From an uncultured Bacilli bacterium (GTDB lineage Bacteria; Bacillota_I; Bacilli_A; RF39; UBA660), in the NCBI GenBank assembly GCA_944350415.1, contig CALVOY010000015.1, forward strand, positions 1 to 43,321: a stretch of DNA of 43,321 nt. The letters run 5' to 3'. Below are positions 1 to 10,232 of this stretch, piece by piece. Positions within the stretch are counted from its first letter, which is position 1. The number at the start of each line of letters is the position of its first letter. The position numbers and the translations under genes were made by a program. The notes under the pieces are model-generated. The model was not told the origin of the DNA. It made no database searches and saw nothing but the letters and a program-made list of their open reading frames with translations.

Positions 1-285
1 AAAATCTAAAGCATTTTGTACCGTTTTACCAATAGTATTAGAAAGTTTTAAGGTTGTTTTCGAAATATTGTTATCATATTTTTCTTCTTTATCTTCAATA
101 TATTTTTTTAAATCTATTTCTACATTATTTTTAACATCTTCTTCAAACATTTTTATTTGCTCTTCGGTAAGAGCAGCTTTATTTTTAGCTTGATAATCAA
201 TTAATCCAGCATTGGCAGAATAATATAATGCTAAAAAAATCAAAAAAATAGTTAAAGACATAATTCTTACAAAGTTATTCTTCAT
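1..285 (-). CDS. Small membrane protein downstream of spoIIP, truncated at the window edge; positional equivalent of B. subtilis YqxA
   Basis: Not in the ORF track. Read by hand: MKNNFVRIMSLTIFLIFLALYYSANAGLIDYQAKNKAALTEEQIKMFEEDVKNN...; RBS AAGGGGG upstream; overlaps the spoIIP stop; one N-terminal TM segment; open to position 1. Confidence 0.75.
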   Translation of the reverse strand, partial: MKNNFVRIMSLTIFLIFLALYYSANAGLIDYQAKNKAALTEEQIKMFEEDVKNNVEIDLKKYIEDKEEKYDNNISKTTLKLSNTIGKTVQNALDF

Positions 286-1279
286 GCATATCCCCCTTAA
301 TATATTCAGTTAGCACTTCACTAATGGCTTCACAAGTATTAAACACCTCATCGATTGTATTATATTGACCACCAACTTCGATTAAAATAGTATTTGGATG
401 AAAATCCTGATTATAAACGCCATTTACTCCTGATCCTTGCTTTTTATAAATCCCTCTAGATAATCCAGGATATTTTTCATTAAATTGTTCATTTAGAGTT
501 TCAGTCATTTTTAAATTCTGGGCATAATTAGGATTTTCTAATCCAACAATAAACAAAATTTTGGCATACTTTTTATCTCCAATCGTAGTACTAGAGATAG
601 TTTTATTCACAGAATCACGATGTAGATCAACAAAATAATTTAAAGTACTATTTTTACTATAAGCATCTTCCATTAATAGTTTTGTAACTTTATAACTAGA
701 AGCATAATTCCAATTATTAGTTCTTAAAAATTCTGTGACATCATTTTCTTCTACAATGGTTGGAATACCATTATTATTTAGTTTTTCTCTTAATATGTAA
801 CTAGTCATCATAACCGTTGGTTTTACATTATAGCTTGCTAGATTGTCAGTAGAATATTCTTCTGATTGATGAGTATTATATAAATATACAACTGGCTCTG
901 TAGGAGCTTGGTTATCATAAGGATCCTCTACATAATTAGAAGAAGGAATACTATCAATATCTTTATCATCATCAGATGAAGTTGGCAAATCCTCTTCCTT
1001 CATATTCAATTGCAATAAAGTAGCCGGTTTAGAAATATCGATATCTGTAATCAAAGCAATGAAATCACTAAAAAAATTAGATTTTTGTTTTAATTCTAAA
1101 TGACTATTTCCATTCTGTAATAATAGTCTAAGAAATTGTTCATTATCCATATTCTTAGAAAAATACCGCAGCGTAAAACAAAACGAAAAAGAAAACAAGG
1201 AAACTATGAAAAACAACTTGCATTTCATATAACGATGTTTTCTAGAATTTTTCATTTTCATTTTTTGAATCTTTTTCAT
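275..1279 (-). CDS. spoIIP: Stage II sporulation protein P (engulfment peptidoglycan amidase/endopeptidase)
   Basis: YLYNTHQSEEY, DLHRDS, GVYNQD and ILIEVGG motifs; N-terminal TM; directly downstream of gpr. Start moved to ATG 1279 after GGTGGGTGA. Confidence 0.93.
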   Translation of the reverse strand: MKKIQKMKMKNSRKHRYMKCKLFFIVSLFSFSFCFTLRYFSKNMDNEQFLRLLLQNGNSHLELKQKSNFFSDFIALITDIDISKPATLLQLNMKEEDLPTSSDDDKDIDSIPSSNYVEDPYDNQAPTEPVVYLYNTHQSEEYSTDNLASYNVKPTVMMTSYILREKLNNNGIPTIVEENDVTEFLRTNNWNYASSYKVTKLLMEDAYSKNSTLNYFVDLHRDSVNKTISSTTIGDKKYAKILFIVGLENPNYAQNLKMTETLNEQFNEKYPGLSRGIYKKQGSGVNGVYNQDFHPNTILIEVGGQYNTIDEVFNTCEAISEVLTEYIKGDMHEE

Positions 1280-1320
1280 CCTATCACCCACCACTATCAA
1301 TATAAGCGAATAGGTAAGGT

Positions 1321-2352
1321 TTATATGTCGAAATTTTTGTGTAATGACTTATTTATTGCCAAAGCCAAAACTTCACTTGTCTTTTCAATCACAAAATCAA
1401 TTTCTTTTGGGGTAACCATCATATTATAACCAATTGGGGTTAATACTTCAAAAATCAATTCTTTGATCTCTTCTTCCTCCAAATTTCCTAATTCTCCTAA
1501 CAACCTTGTTTTTTCTTCTTTAGATAACTCATTAGTATGCTCCAAATAATCTCTCATAGTAACAGGAATCAATTTATTTTTATGATAAGTTTCCTTATTA
1601 TAACTAAAATGTTTTAATAAGTATTGAATGGTATCACTTACTAATACAAAAGCCTCAATTACTGTAGGTACTCCGATCGATATTACCGGAATATGCAAAG
1701 TTTCATAACTAAGTTCTTTTCGATTATTATAAACACCACTGCCTGGATGAATTCCAGAGTCAGTAATTTGGATCGTTTTATTTATCCTATCCATACTACT
1801 AGAAGCCAGCGCATCAATCACGATCACAAAATCTGGTTTAATTTGATCGATAATTCCTAGAATAATATCACTACTTTCTATTCCTGTATCACCGGTAACA
1901 CCAGGAATAAATGTTGCCACATTGCGATAATTAGGGTCTACTTGAATCTGTTCAATCTCATAAAGATATCTAGTAGCTAAAATTTGTTCCACTGTTTTAG
2001 GACCTAGAGCATCAGGGGTTGCTTTTCTATTTCCTAAACCTACTACCAAACATTTTTGCTTCTCTTGAATTTCTAAATAAGCAAATATTTTTTTTAACTC
2101 TGCAATTACTACTTTCTCTAAATTCTTGGCATTTACTTTATCCGTTACATCCTGATAACTAATAGTAACATATCTACCCTTTTTCTTATGTAATTTATTT
2201 TCCTCTTTGGTAATAGAAACTTCCAATACTTTGATATCATCATATTCTTCTACTTTAGAAACAATTCCCTCTTCTTGTTGATTGATATCAAAAACATCCA
2301 CTAACAAATCGGTACGTATCGAATACTGTTTCAAGTCCTTTTCACTTTTCAT
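1321..2352 (-). CDS. gpr: Spore germination protease GPR
   Basis: IRTDL, VVGLGN..TPDALGP, IDALA, GIHPGSGV.N.R, GVPTV and MMVTPKEID motifs; divergent from rpsT as in Bacillus. Start moved to ATG 2352 after AGGTGA. Confidence 0.96.
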   Translation of the reverse strand: MKSEKDLKQYSIRTDLLVDVFDINQQEEGIVSKVEEYDDIKVLEVSITKEENKLHKKKGRYVTISYQDVTDKVNAKNLEKVVIAELKKIFAYLEIQEKQKCLVVGLGNRKATPDALGPKTVEQILATRYLYEIEQIQVDPNYRNVATFIPGVTGDTGIESSDIILGIIDQIKPDFVIVIDALASSSMDRINKTIQITDSGIHPGSGVYNNRKELSYETLHIPVISIGVPTVIEAFVLVSDTIQYLLKHFSYNKETYHKNKLIPVTMRDYLEHTNELSKEEKTRLLGELGNLEEEEIKELIFEVLTPIGYNMMVTPKEIDFVIEKTSEVLALAINKSLHKNFDI

Positions 2353-2367
2353 ATGATCACCTACTCC

Positions 2368-2397
2368 TATTTTTTCCATTTTTTTGATATTTTATTT
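2368..2397 (-). promoter_or_regulatory. Possible sigma-F/G-type promoter of gpr
   Basis: AAATA-N15-GGAAAAAATA. The -10 fits the sigma-F consensus GGnnAnAnTA; the -35 matches only 3/5. gpr is sigma-F/G dependent in B. subtilis. Confidence 0.35.
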
Positions 2398-2453
2398 GCT
2401 TTTTTATAAAAAGTTTGATATCATTAGTTGTAGCTAAAAAGTGAGGTGAAACA

Positions 2454-2717
2454 ATGCCAAATATTAAAAGTGCAAAGAAAAGAGTGATTACAAGTCGTAA
2501 AAAAAATGCGAACAACACTTTAGGTAGATCAAGTATGAAAACTGCTATTAAAAAAAGTGAAAAAGCAATCAAAACACAAGACAAAGCTCTAGCAGAAGAA
2601 AATTTAAAAGTTGCAATCAAAAGAATTGATAAAGCTGTAGCCAGCGGATTAATTCATAAAAACAAAGCAGCAAGAGAAAAATCTAGATTAACAAAACAAA
2701 CCAATGCTTTAAATTAA
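2454..2717 (+). CDS. rpsT: 30S ribosomal protein S20
   Basis: MPNIKSAKKRV...IDKAVASGLIHKNKAAREKSRL; RBS GAGGTGA. Confidence 0.98.
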   Translation: MPNIKSAKKRVITSRKKNANNTLGRSSMKTAIKKSEKAIKTQDKALAEENLKVAIKRIDKAVASGLIHKNKAAREKSRLTKQTNALN

Positions 2718-2743
2718 AATATCTACTTAGTAGATATTTTTTT
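2716..2743 (+). terminator. Intrinsic terminator of rpsT
   Basis: AAAATATCTAC-TTA-GTAGATATTTT followed by further Ts. Confidence 0.8.
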
Positions 2744-2789
2744 CTTGATTCCATTCATCACCATGTTATAATGATAATAAGGTGATAAT

Positions 2790-3701
2790 ATGAAAAAATG
2801 GTCCATTATGATGATTATCTTATGCATTTTTATGCTTTGTTTAATGTATAGTGACAAAATCGTTTATTTTCTAGTAGCCAATGTTACTTCAGCTGAAAGA
2901 AAAAATACGACATTAGAAAACAATCAGTTTGCAGGAAAAGAAAACTATCAGTTTGTTCAGTTAACCAATGATTTTACGCCCTCTTCTTTACAAGATTTAA
3001 TGAATATTTATTATACGGTTTTAAATTCAGGAATGGAAAAATTTACTTTTTATTGTCCAAAAGACTACAAAAATTGTATCAATGATGTAGACTATCTATC
3101 AAACGATCAAGTACTTCTATCTCATATTAATAACTTTCTTCCCGTTTATAACAGTTTTCAAAATATAGAAACTGAATTCGATAGCTTTGGTAAAGTTACG
3201 ATATCTATCCATCATAGCTATCAGCAAGAAGAAATTGCCGAATTAGAAACTACGATTTCTAACATTATAAAATCAAACATTCAAGATAATATGACAGTGG
3301 AAAACAAAATCAAAACGCTTCACGACTACATTATCAATACAACAAAATATGATATTGATAGAAGCGACAATAAGGTAACTACTTATCATTCTGATACCGC
3401 CTATGGAGCACTGATGGAACACTATGCTATTTGTGGTGGATATGCAGATAGTATGAAATTATTTTTAGACTATCTACAAATTCCAAATTATAAAATAGCC
3501 AGCGAAAATCATATCTGGAATTTAGTATATCTAAATAATAATTGGTATCATTTAGATCTTACCTGGGATGATCCAGTTACTTCTACAGGAGAAGATGTAT
3601 TAGAATACGACTACTTTTTAATCAGCAGTGAAGAATTAAAAGCACTAGAAACAGATCAACATGTTTTCGATGATGAGATTTATATAGAAGCCACACTATA
3701 A
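2790..3701 (+). CDS. Membrane-anchored/secreted transglutaminase-like domain protein
   Basis: N-terminal hydrophobic segment; Cys-His-Asp triad motifs AICGGYA, NHIWN and YHLDLTWDD; extended -10 TGTTATAAT upstream. Confidence 0.85.
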   Translation: MKKWSIMMIILCIFMLCLMYSDKIVYFLVANVTSAERKNTTLENNQFAGKENYQFVQLTNDFTPSSLQDLMNIYYTVLNSGMEKFTFYCPKDYKNCINDVDYLSNDQVLLSHINNFLPVYNSFQNIETEFDSFGKVTISIHHSYQQEEIAELETTISNIIKSNIQDNMTVENKIKTLHDYIINTTKYDIDRSDNKVTTYHSDTAYGALMEHYAICGGYADSMKLFLDYLQIPNYKIASENHIWNLVYLNNNWYHLDLTWDDPVTSTGEDVLEYDYFLISSEELKALETDQHVFDDEIYIEATL

Positions 3702-3729
3702 AAAGTACTAACTGATTTAGTACTTTTTT
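3700..3729. terminator. Bidirectional intrinsic terminator
   Basis: AAAAAGTACTAA-CTGAT-TTAGTACTTTTT between convergent genes. Confidence 0.8.
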
Positions 3730-3747
3730 CATATCTTACGAACCTTA

Positions 3748-4620
3748 CTAGTGATTTTCTATATAGTTTATCGCTTCTTTTATAGTTCTATCAAAATTTT
3801 GATAATTCGTTTGAATCCATTGAATATCAGAAAACTGATTGCGAAAAAAAGTATATTGTCTCTTTGCATAATGTCTAGAATTTACTTTTATAGCATCAAT
3901 TGCCTCTTCTAAATCACATTTTCCATCCCAATATTCATAAAGCTCCTTATATCCAATTCCAGTTTGAATGGCTTTACTACGAATATTTTGGTCATATAAT
4001 GCTTTTACTTCTGTAATCAAACCATCTTCTATCATCTTATCTACTCTAATATCAATTCTATCATATAAATTTTTTCTATCTGTAGTAAGCCCAATCATTT
4101 TAAAAGAATAAAGGGGTTGATTACCAGTTTTTTCTGTTATTAAATTTTGTTCATATTTATTTAGTAATCGTACCAACCGTTTTCGATTATTCATATGAAC
4201 ATTATGATTAGGTTCATATTGTTTGATACGATTGGATATTTCTTCATTCGATAATTCTAAATACTCATTTAATTGTTCTTCTTTTTTAAAACGATAGTCA
4301 TAAAGTGCGGCCTTAATATATAAACCAGTTCCCCCTACTATAATGATATTTTTATGTTGTTCTTGCAATTGCCTAATTTTTTCTCTACAATCTTGTTGGT
4401 AATTATACACTGTATACAATTCCTCTATATCGCAAATATCTAATAGATGATGAGGAATGTTTTCTTTTTCTGATTCTGTCACTTTTGCTGTCCCAATATT
4501 TAATCCTTTATAGACTTGCATAGAATCAGCATTAATAATTTCAGCATGATATTTTTTAGCAAGTTCTATACTAAGTTTGGTTTTTCCTACTCCTGTAGGA
4601 CCTACTATAACTATCATCAT
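3748..4620 (-). CDS. miaA: tRNA dimethylallyltransferase
   Basis: GPTGVGKT, DSMQVY, IGTAK, VGGTGLY, IGYKE and YAKRQ.TF motifs. Confidence 0.97.
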   Translation of the reverse strand: MMIVIVGPTGVGKTKLSIELAKKYHAEIINADSMQVYKGLNIGTAKVTESEKENIPHHLLDICDIEELYTVYNYQQDCREKIRQLQEQHKNIIIVGGTGLYIKAALYDYRFKKEEQLNEYLELSNEEISNRIKQYEPNHNVHMNNRKRLVRLLNKYEQNLITEKTGNQPLYSFKMIGLTTDRKNLYDRIDIRVDKMIEDGLITEVKALYDQNIRSKAIQTGIGYKELYEYWDGKCDLEEAIDAIKVNSRHYAKRQYTFFRNQFSDIQWIQTNYQNFDRTIKEAINYIENH

Positions 4621-5192
4621 AAACCATCACTTCTATAATATAAAATTAAAGTTTTATCACGATGATTATGTTGCTTATATGTTCGATATGAGATATGCTT
4701 TTTGCGTAGTAATTGTTTCAAGTCTTCAATTCTTTTTATATTTTCTTGATAAAAGATGGAATTAGGGTTATCACATACACCAACAATAAAACTACCACCT
4801 CTATGTACTTTTAAAACCAAATCATTAGTATTACAAAAAATACCATTACTAATATAACAGCTATTATAATAATTTGCTTCATTAAAGAAAATGGATTCAT
4901 CCTGATACCGAATCGTACCATAGCTGGATTGTATCAAAGTTGCATCTTTTTCTAAATAAGTAGATACAGAATTTAAATCTTTACTAAAAACAGTTTCTAT
5001 AATTTGATCATTTGATTTAACCAAACGATATCGATTAATTGCTTTCGCAAAACTTAAATTGTTTTTTTCCTGTTTATGTAAAAATAAACGATATTTATCA
5101 AAATTAGGATACCAAGATCCGTCTAAAAATTTTCTAAACAAACTAGCATCCTGTTCAATTTCTAATATATATCTAGACATTAATATTTCCAT
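4617..5192 (-). CDS. Hypothetical protein (orphan between mutL and miaA)
   Basis: 191-aa ORF, RBS GGGAGAG, stop overlaps the miaA start; no recognisable motif. Confidence 0.7.
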   Translation of the reverse strand: MEILMSRYILEIEQDASLFRKFLDGSWYPNFDKYRLFLHKQEKNNLSFAKAINRYRLVKSNDQIIETVFSKDLNSVSTYLEKDATLIQSSYGTIRYQDESIFFNEANYYNSCYISNGIFCNTNDLVLKVHRGGSFIVGVCDNPNSIFYQENIKRIEDLKQLLRKKHISYRTYKQHNHRDKTLILYYRSDGL

Positions 5193-5202
5193 ATTCTCTC
5201 CC

Positions 5203-6993
5203 CTAACTCATAGCTCTTTTAAATAATTTTTCTAAATCATATTTGGAATATGTAATAATGGTTGGTCTCCCGTGTGGACAAGTAAATGGGTTTTCACAAG
5301 ATCTTAATCTTTCTAATAGTACCTCCATATCATCTAAAGTGATATGATCATTCGCTTTAATACTTGCTTTACAAGCAACAGTTGCAGCAATATGATCTAA
5401 GAAACGCTCTAACTGAAAATCTTCTTTTACTACAATAATATCTATAATATTTCTAAGTGCTTGCTCTACATTGGATTTGGTTAACCATACTGGAATACTA
5501 CGAATCACAACAGTTTGAAAACCAAATTCTTCATAACCAATACCCAAAGAATCTAATAAATGAAAATTTTCTTTCAAGATCACATATTCATTACTAGGAA
5601 ACTCCATAGTAATCGGAACTAATAAATCCATAGTAGCTGGTTGGGGATTCGATAGTTCTTTTAAATAATATTCATAATTTACTCTTTCATTGGCAGCATG
5701 TTGATCAATTAAAAACATTCCATCTTCATTTTCAGCTACAATATAAGTTCCATGCACCAAACCAACAGGATACATTTTCTTAATTCTTTCTTTTTTGGGT
5801 ATCTCCTTTTCTTCGATCTCAGTACCATTAGGTAAATATGACACTTCAGCTTCTTGTACCTCGAAATTAAGAGTCATTTTCTCAAATTCTTGAAATTCTT
5901 CATCTTTTTTGACCTCATCAAATTCCTCAAATCTATTTGGTGTATAAACCGTGGAAATTCTTGTTTTATTCTCATCTACAGTTGTTTCTAGTGCTGCATC
6001 TGGAATCAAAGTCAGACTTTCTAATTTTTCTGTAATGGTTTTGGTAATCAAATCTTTTAAAGTGTCCATTTTAGAGAATTTAATATCCATTTTAGTAGGA
6101 TGCACATTGACATCAATTAAAATGGGATCTACTTCAATTTTCAGTACAGCAATAGGATAACGATCTTGAGGAATATAAGTATGATAACTATCCGTAATAT
6201 AACGAATGATATCTAAATTACGAATCACTCTTCCATTAACCAGCAAAGTAATAGCATTTTTGTTACTTTTCTGTAATTCAGGGTACGAGATATATCCACT
6301 AATTTTATAATCTTCATTCTCTCCTTGAATCTCAATCATTTTTTTAGTAACAGATAACCCATAAATATCATGAATTACTTTTAACAGTCTCCCACTACCA
6401 TCTGTTTTTAATAGTTTTTTCTCATTATTGGTTAACAAAAAACGAATATTTGGATAACTAAGTGCCATTTTATTCACATATTCCGTAATATAAGAAAGTT
6501 CTGTATATAAATTTTTCAAATATTTTAAGCGTACCGGTGTATTATAAAATAAATTTTTGACTACAATAGAAGTTCCCTTCTGTAAATCACTAGCTTCTAC
6601 TGTTATGAGTTTGCCACCATGAATTTCTACCATAGTACCAGTTTCTCCATTACAAGTTTTTAAAGTAACATTAGACACACTAGCAATCGAAGGCAAAGCT
6701 TCACCACGAAAACCTAAACTTCCAATATGAAATAAATCTCTTTCTGTTTTTAATTTGCTAGTAGCATGTCTAGAGAAAGCTAAAACTGCATCCTCTTTAT
6801 CCATACCAATTCCATCATCTGTAACCCTAATTTCTTTTACTCCAGAATCTATTAACTCAATTTTGATTTCAGAAGCCTTTGCATCAATCGCATTCTCTAC
6901 CAGTTCCTTTACCACATTCATGCATTTTTCTACTACTTCTCCAGCCGCGATTTTATTGGCTAAAACTTCATCCATGATTTGAATTTTACTCAT
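5203..6993 (-). CDS. mutL: DNA mismatch repair endonuclease MutL
   Basis: IAAGEVVE, KELVENAIDA, GFRGEAL, DVNVHPTK; endonuclease motifs DQHAANERVNYE, ACK and CPHGRP. Confidence 0.98.
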   Translation of the reverse strand: MSKIQIMDEVLANKIAAGEVVEKCMNVVKELVENAIDAKASEIKIELIDSGVKEIRVTDDGIGMDKEDAVLAFSRHATSKLKTERDLFHIGSLGFRGEALPSIASVSNVTLKTCNGETGTMVEIHGGKLITVEASDLQKGTSIVVKNLFYNTPVRLKYLKNLYTELSYITEYVNKMALSYPNIRFLLTNNEKKLLKTDGSGRLLKVIHDIYGLSVTKKMIEIQGENEDYKISGYISYPELQKSNKNAITLLVNGRVIRNLDIIRYITDSYHTYIPQDRYPIAVLKIEVDPILIDVNVHPTKMDIKFSKMDTLKDLITKTITEKLESLTLIPDAALETTVDENKTRISTVYTPNRFEEFDEVKKDEEFQEFEKMTLNFEVQEAEVSYLPNGTEIEEKEIPKKERIKKMYPVGLVHGTYIVAENEDGMFLIDQHAANERVNYEYYLKELSNPQPATMDLLVPITMEFPSNEYVILKENFHLLDSLGIGYEEFGFQTVVIRSIPVWLTKSNVEQALRNIIDIIVVKEDFQLERFLDHIAATVACKASIKANDHITLDDMEVLLERLRSCENPFTCPHGRPTIITYSKYDLEKLFKRAMS

Positions 6994-7071
6994 ATGATCA
7001 CCTACTACTTAATTCGATTATACTCTATTTTCGATAGAAAAAAAAGAAAAAGCATGCTTATAACATACTTT

Positions 7072-8850
7072 CTATAAATTTTTTAAATAGTCCATAAATT
7101 TTATTGCAACTTCATGGGTTAACACTGTCTCTAGTTCCTCTAAAGTTGCTTCTTTTAATTTTTTTAAAGATCCAAATTTCTTCAAAAGCTCTTTTCTTCT
7201 AACTTCGCCAATACCTGGAGCCATATCTAAAAGGGAAGCTAAAGTTCCTTTTTGTTTAATATTACGATGATAACTAATCGCATAATTATGAACTTCATCT
7301 TGAATGCGATTTAAGAAAAGAAATAAATTACTATCTTTCTCCATTGGTATACTTTGAAGTTTTTCATTTACTAATACACTAGTTTGATGTTTCTCATTTT
7401 TCTTAAGACCACAGATAGGAATCTTTAAACCCAAACTATCGATAATCTCCTTTGCTACTGATATCTGCAATTCTCCACCATCCACTAATATCAAATCCGG
7501 AGCTTTTACCTCCTCCATTAGTACCTTATAGTATCTTCGATAAATTACTTCTTTCATTGCCGATAAATCATCTTTTACAGAAGTTTCTATTTTAAATTTA
7601 CGATATTCATTTTTATTCGGTAAAAAATTATCAAAAACTACCATTCCACCTACATAGAATGTTCCAAACAAATGAGAATTATCAAAAGCTTCAATTCGTT
7701 CTAATTTTTCTAACTGCAATAAATTTTTCAACTCTTCTTGGGCCTTCAATCTATTTTCTTCATCCGTTTTAATTGTTTCATATTTTTCCTCTAATAAAAT
7801 TTTCGCATTGTCATTAGCCAAATCGATTAGCTTTTTAATATCACCTCGGCTAGGAGAACTTACTTTTATTTTTAGATAATTACTTAATATTTCTCTGTCT
7901 ATAATATTAGAAGTGATAATCTCTTTAGGTAATAAATTATTTTTTTCGTAAAATTCGATAATATAGCGTAATAAATCCTCTTCAGGATCTTCAATCGTAG
8001 TAAAAATATCAGAGTGTTTTCCAAATAACAACCCTTCCCTAATATAAAAAGTCACAATAGATAAATAATTATGATCATGATAAAAGCCAAAGACATCAAA
8101 ATTATAGTTCCTATTTAAATCTATTTTTTGTTTAGCTAGCGTTACATCAATATCCTTTAACATCTCTTTTAGTTCTAATGCTTTTTCAAAATTTAAATTA
8201 TCGCTAGCTTTTTGCATCTCTTCTTTTAATTTAGATACTACATGTTCACTATTCCCCTTTAAAAAAGAAATAATTTCTTCTATCATCTGATTCTGTTTTT
8301 CCATATCGATTTCTTTTTGACAATATCCCAAACATTCTCCAATATGGTAATAAAGACAAACTTCTTTCTTTAAGTTTTCACATTTACGAAGGGGATAGAT
8401 TCTATTGATCATATTTACTGTTTTTCTAGCTGCTGTCACATTGGGATAAGGACCAAATAGTCTACTCTTATGCTTCTTTCGATTTACATTACGAACAATT
8501 CTTAAACGAGGAAATTTTTCATTAGTTAATTCAATATAAGGATAACTTTTATCATCTTTTAATAGGATATTATATTTAGGATTATATTTTTTAATTAATG
8601 TAATCTCTAAAATCAAAGATTCCAATTCACTAGAAGTGACAATATATTCAAAATCTACAATATCATTGACTAGCATTGCGGTTTTACCTGTTACCGTTCC
8701 TGTAAAGTAACTTTTTACACGGTTGAATAAATTTTTAGCCTTACCAACATAAATAATGACACCGTCTTTATTCTTCATTTGATAAGATCCTGGTAACTTA
8801 GGAACCAACTTTAGTTTTTCTTTGATATGCTTCTTAACTTCTTCTGTCAT
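7072..8850 (-). CDS. uvrC: Excinuclease ABC subunit C
   Basis: GIY-YIG domain (PGSY...IYVGKAKNL..RV.SYF), DDKSYPYI, IEAFDNSH, PDLILVDGG and C-terminal HhH. Probable start ATG 8850 (alternative 8862). Confidence 0.97.
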   Translation of the reverse strand: MTEEVKKHIKEKLKLVPKLPGSYQMKNKDGVIIYVGKAKNLFNRVKSYFTGTVTGKTAMLVNDIVDFEYIVTSSELESLILEITLIKKYNPKYNILLKDDKSYPYIELTNEKFPRLRIVRNVNRKKHKSRLFGPYPNVTAARKTVNMINRIYPLRKCENLKKEVCLYYHIGECLGYCQKEIDMEKQNQMIEEIISFLKGNSEHVVSKLKEEMQKASDNLNFEKALELKEMLKDIDVTLAKQKIDLNRNYNFDVFGFYHDHNYLSIVTFYIREGLLFGKHSDIFTTIEDPEEDLLRYIIEFYEKNNLLPKEIITSNIIDREILSNYLKIKVSSPSRGDIKKLIDLANDNAKILLEEKYETIKTDEENRLKAQEELKNLLQLEKLERIEAFDNSHLFGTFYVGGMVVFDNFLPNKNEYRKFKIETSVKDDLSAMKEVIYRRYYKVLMEEVKAPDLILVDGGELQISVAKEIIDSLGLKIPICGLKKNEKHQTSVLVNEKLQSIPMEKDSNLFLFLNRIQDEVHNYAISYHRNIKQKGTLASLLDMAPGIGEVRRKELLKKFGSLKKLKEATLEELETVLTHEVAIKFMDYLKNL

Positions 8851-8960
8851 AATATCCCTCATTTCTATCTTATTTTAACATGTTTTAAAATCCTAGAAAA
8901 CCACCTTTTTATCTTTTAAAGTGAGCATGATAAAGTATGATGGACATAAACTAGTATTAG

Positions 8961-10232
8961 GTGATATCCTTGAGAAAAAAGAAAATAAAAACTATACTGA
9001 TAGGAATTCTAGGAATAATAATCCCTATTAGTATGATAATCTTATATCATTTTGATCAGAAAGAAATAGTCATTTATCAACCTCAAACAATCGTGAAAGA
9101 TCAAAAAGCTTACCTAATTAGTATCACCTATCCTAAAACAAACCTATCCAAAGTGGATCATAAAATTATGAATTATATTAATCAACAGACAAAGATTTTA
9201 AAATCCAATATTACGGAATTTCCCTATTTGATCAATCGTAGTGAATTAAATATTGATTTTGAATATTCTACTTTTAACCAGCGCTATATGAATATTCTTT
9301 TAAAAACAGATTACTACGATGGCGAAGAACAACAAAACTACTATGACCTTTATTCTATTTTGTACGACTTAAAGCAAAAACAGTTTTTGAATATTTTAGA
9401 TTTCTTTTCTGAACAAGAAAAATTATTCAAAAAGATTCAAGATAGTTTCCAAAAAGAAAAAGGTATCACTATTTCCAATCTAGACTCTCTTTCTATGATA
9501 ATCTCTAATGATCAATTAATCGTATATTATCCATCTGATCAATTATATTCTATTTCTATTCCACTAATTGAGTTAAATCTAAATTTAAAAATTACAACTG
9601 AAAAAAAAGAACTAGACTCAAAGGAATTACAAAGAGTTGTTAGTACAATTGATCCCACAAAACCAGTAGTAGCCATCACATTTGATGATGGTCCTAGTGA
9701 ATATACCAAAGAAATTATTAAAACATTAAAAGAAAATGACTGTAATGCCACTTTCTTTGTCCTAGGAAACAAAGTAGAAGCCTATCAAGATGTGATTCGC
9801 GAAAGCATTAAAAACGGAAATGAAATAGGAAATCATTCCTATAATCATAAATGGTTAAGTAGATTATCGGAAAAAGAAATCATGGAACAAATTAATAAAA
9901 CTCAAGATATTTTGCAACAAACAGTTGAATATACACCAACTCATTTAAGACCCACTTATGGATCTGTAAACCAAAGAATCAAGAATAGTACTAACCTGAG
10001 TATTACCCTATGGACAATCGATACCAAAGACTGGAAAATTAAAAATATAGATCGCATTGTAGAAAAGGCAATGAAAGACATAGAAGATGGCGATATTATT
10101 TTAATGCATGATATTTTTGAAAGAAGCAGTGAAGCATTAAAAAAATTGATTCCTTTATTAAAAGAACAAGGCTATCAGTTGGTAACAATTAGCGAGTTAG
10201 AAGAAGTAAAATTATTGCGTACTAAATATTAG
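8961..10232 (+). CDS. Membrane-anchored polysaccharide (peptidoglycan) deacetylase, PgdA/PdaC-like
   Basis: CE4 motifs TFDDGP, HSYNH, RPTYG, DTKDW and LMHD; N-terminal TM plus a PdaC-like N-terminal region. Start may be TTG 8970. Confidence 0.9.
   Translation: MISLRKKKIKTILIGILGIIIPISMIILYHFDQKEIVIYQPQTIVKDQKAYLISITYPKTNLSKVDHKIMNYINQQTKILKSNITEFPYLINRSELNIDFEYSTFNQRYMNILLKTDYYDGEEQQNYYDLYSILYDLKQKQFLNILDFFSEQEKLFKKIQDSFQKEKGITISNLDSLSMIISNDQLIVYYPSDQLYSISIPLIELNLNLKITTEKKELDSKELQRVVSTIDPTKPVVAITFDDGPSEYTKEIIKTLKENDCNATFFVLGNKVEAYQDVIRESIKNGNEIGNHSYNHKWLSRLSEKEIMEQINKTQDILQQTVEYTPTHLRPTYGSVNQRIKNSTNLSITLWTIDTKDWKIKNIDRIVEKAMKDIEDGDIILMHDIFERSSEALKKLIPLLKEQGYQLVTISELEEVKLLRTKY

Noticed and set aside
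1326-1332. Perfect Spo0A box TGTCGAA just upstream of spoIIP
   Set aside because: It lies in the last gpr codons, and the same heptamer occurs inside other coding regions (about 35561 and 38101), so chance is sufficient.
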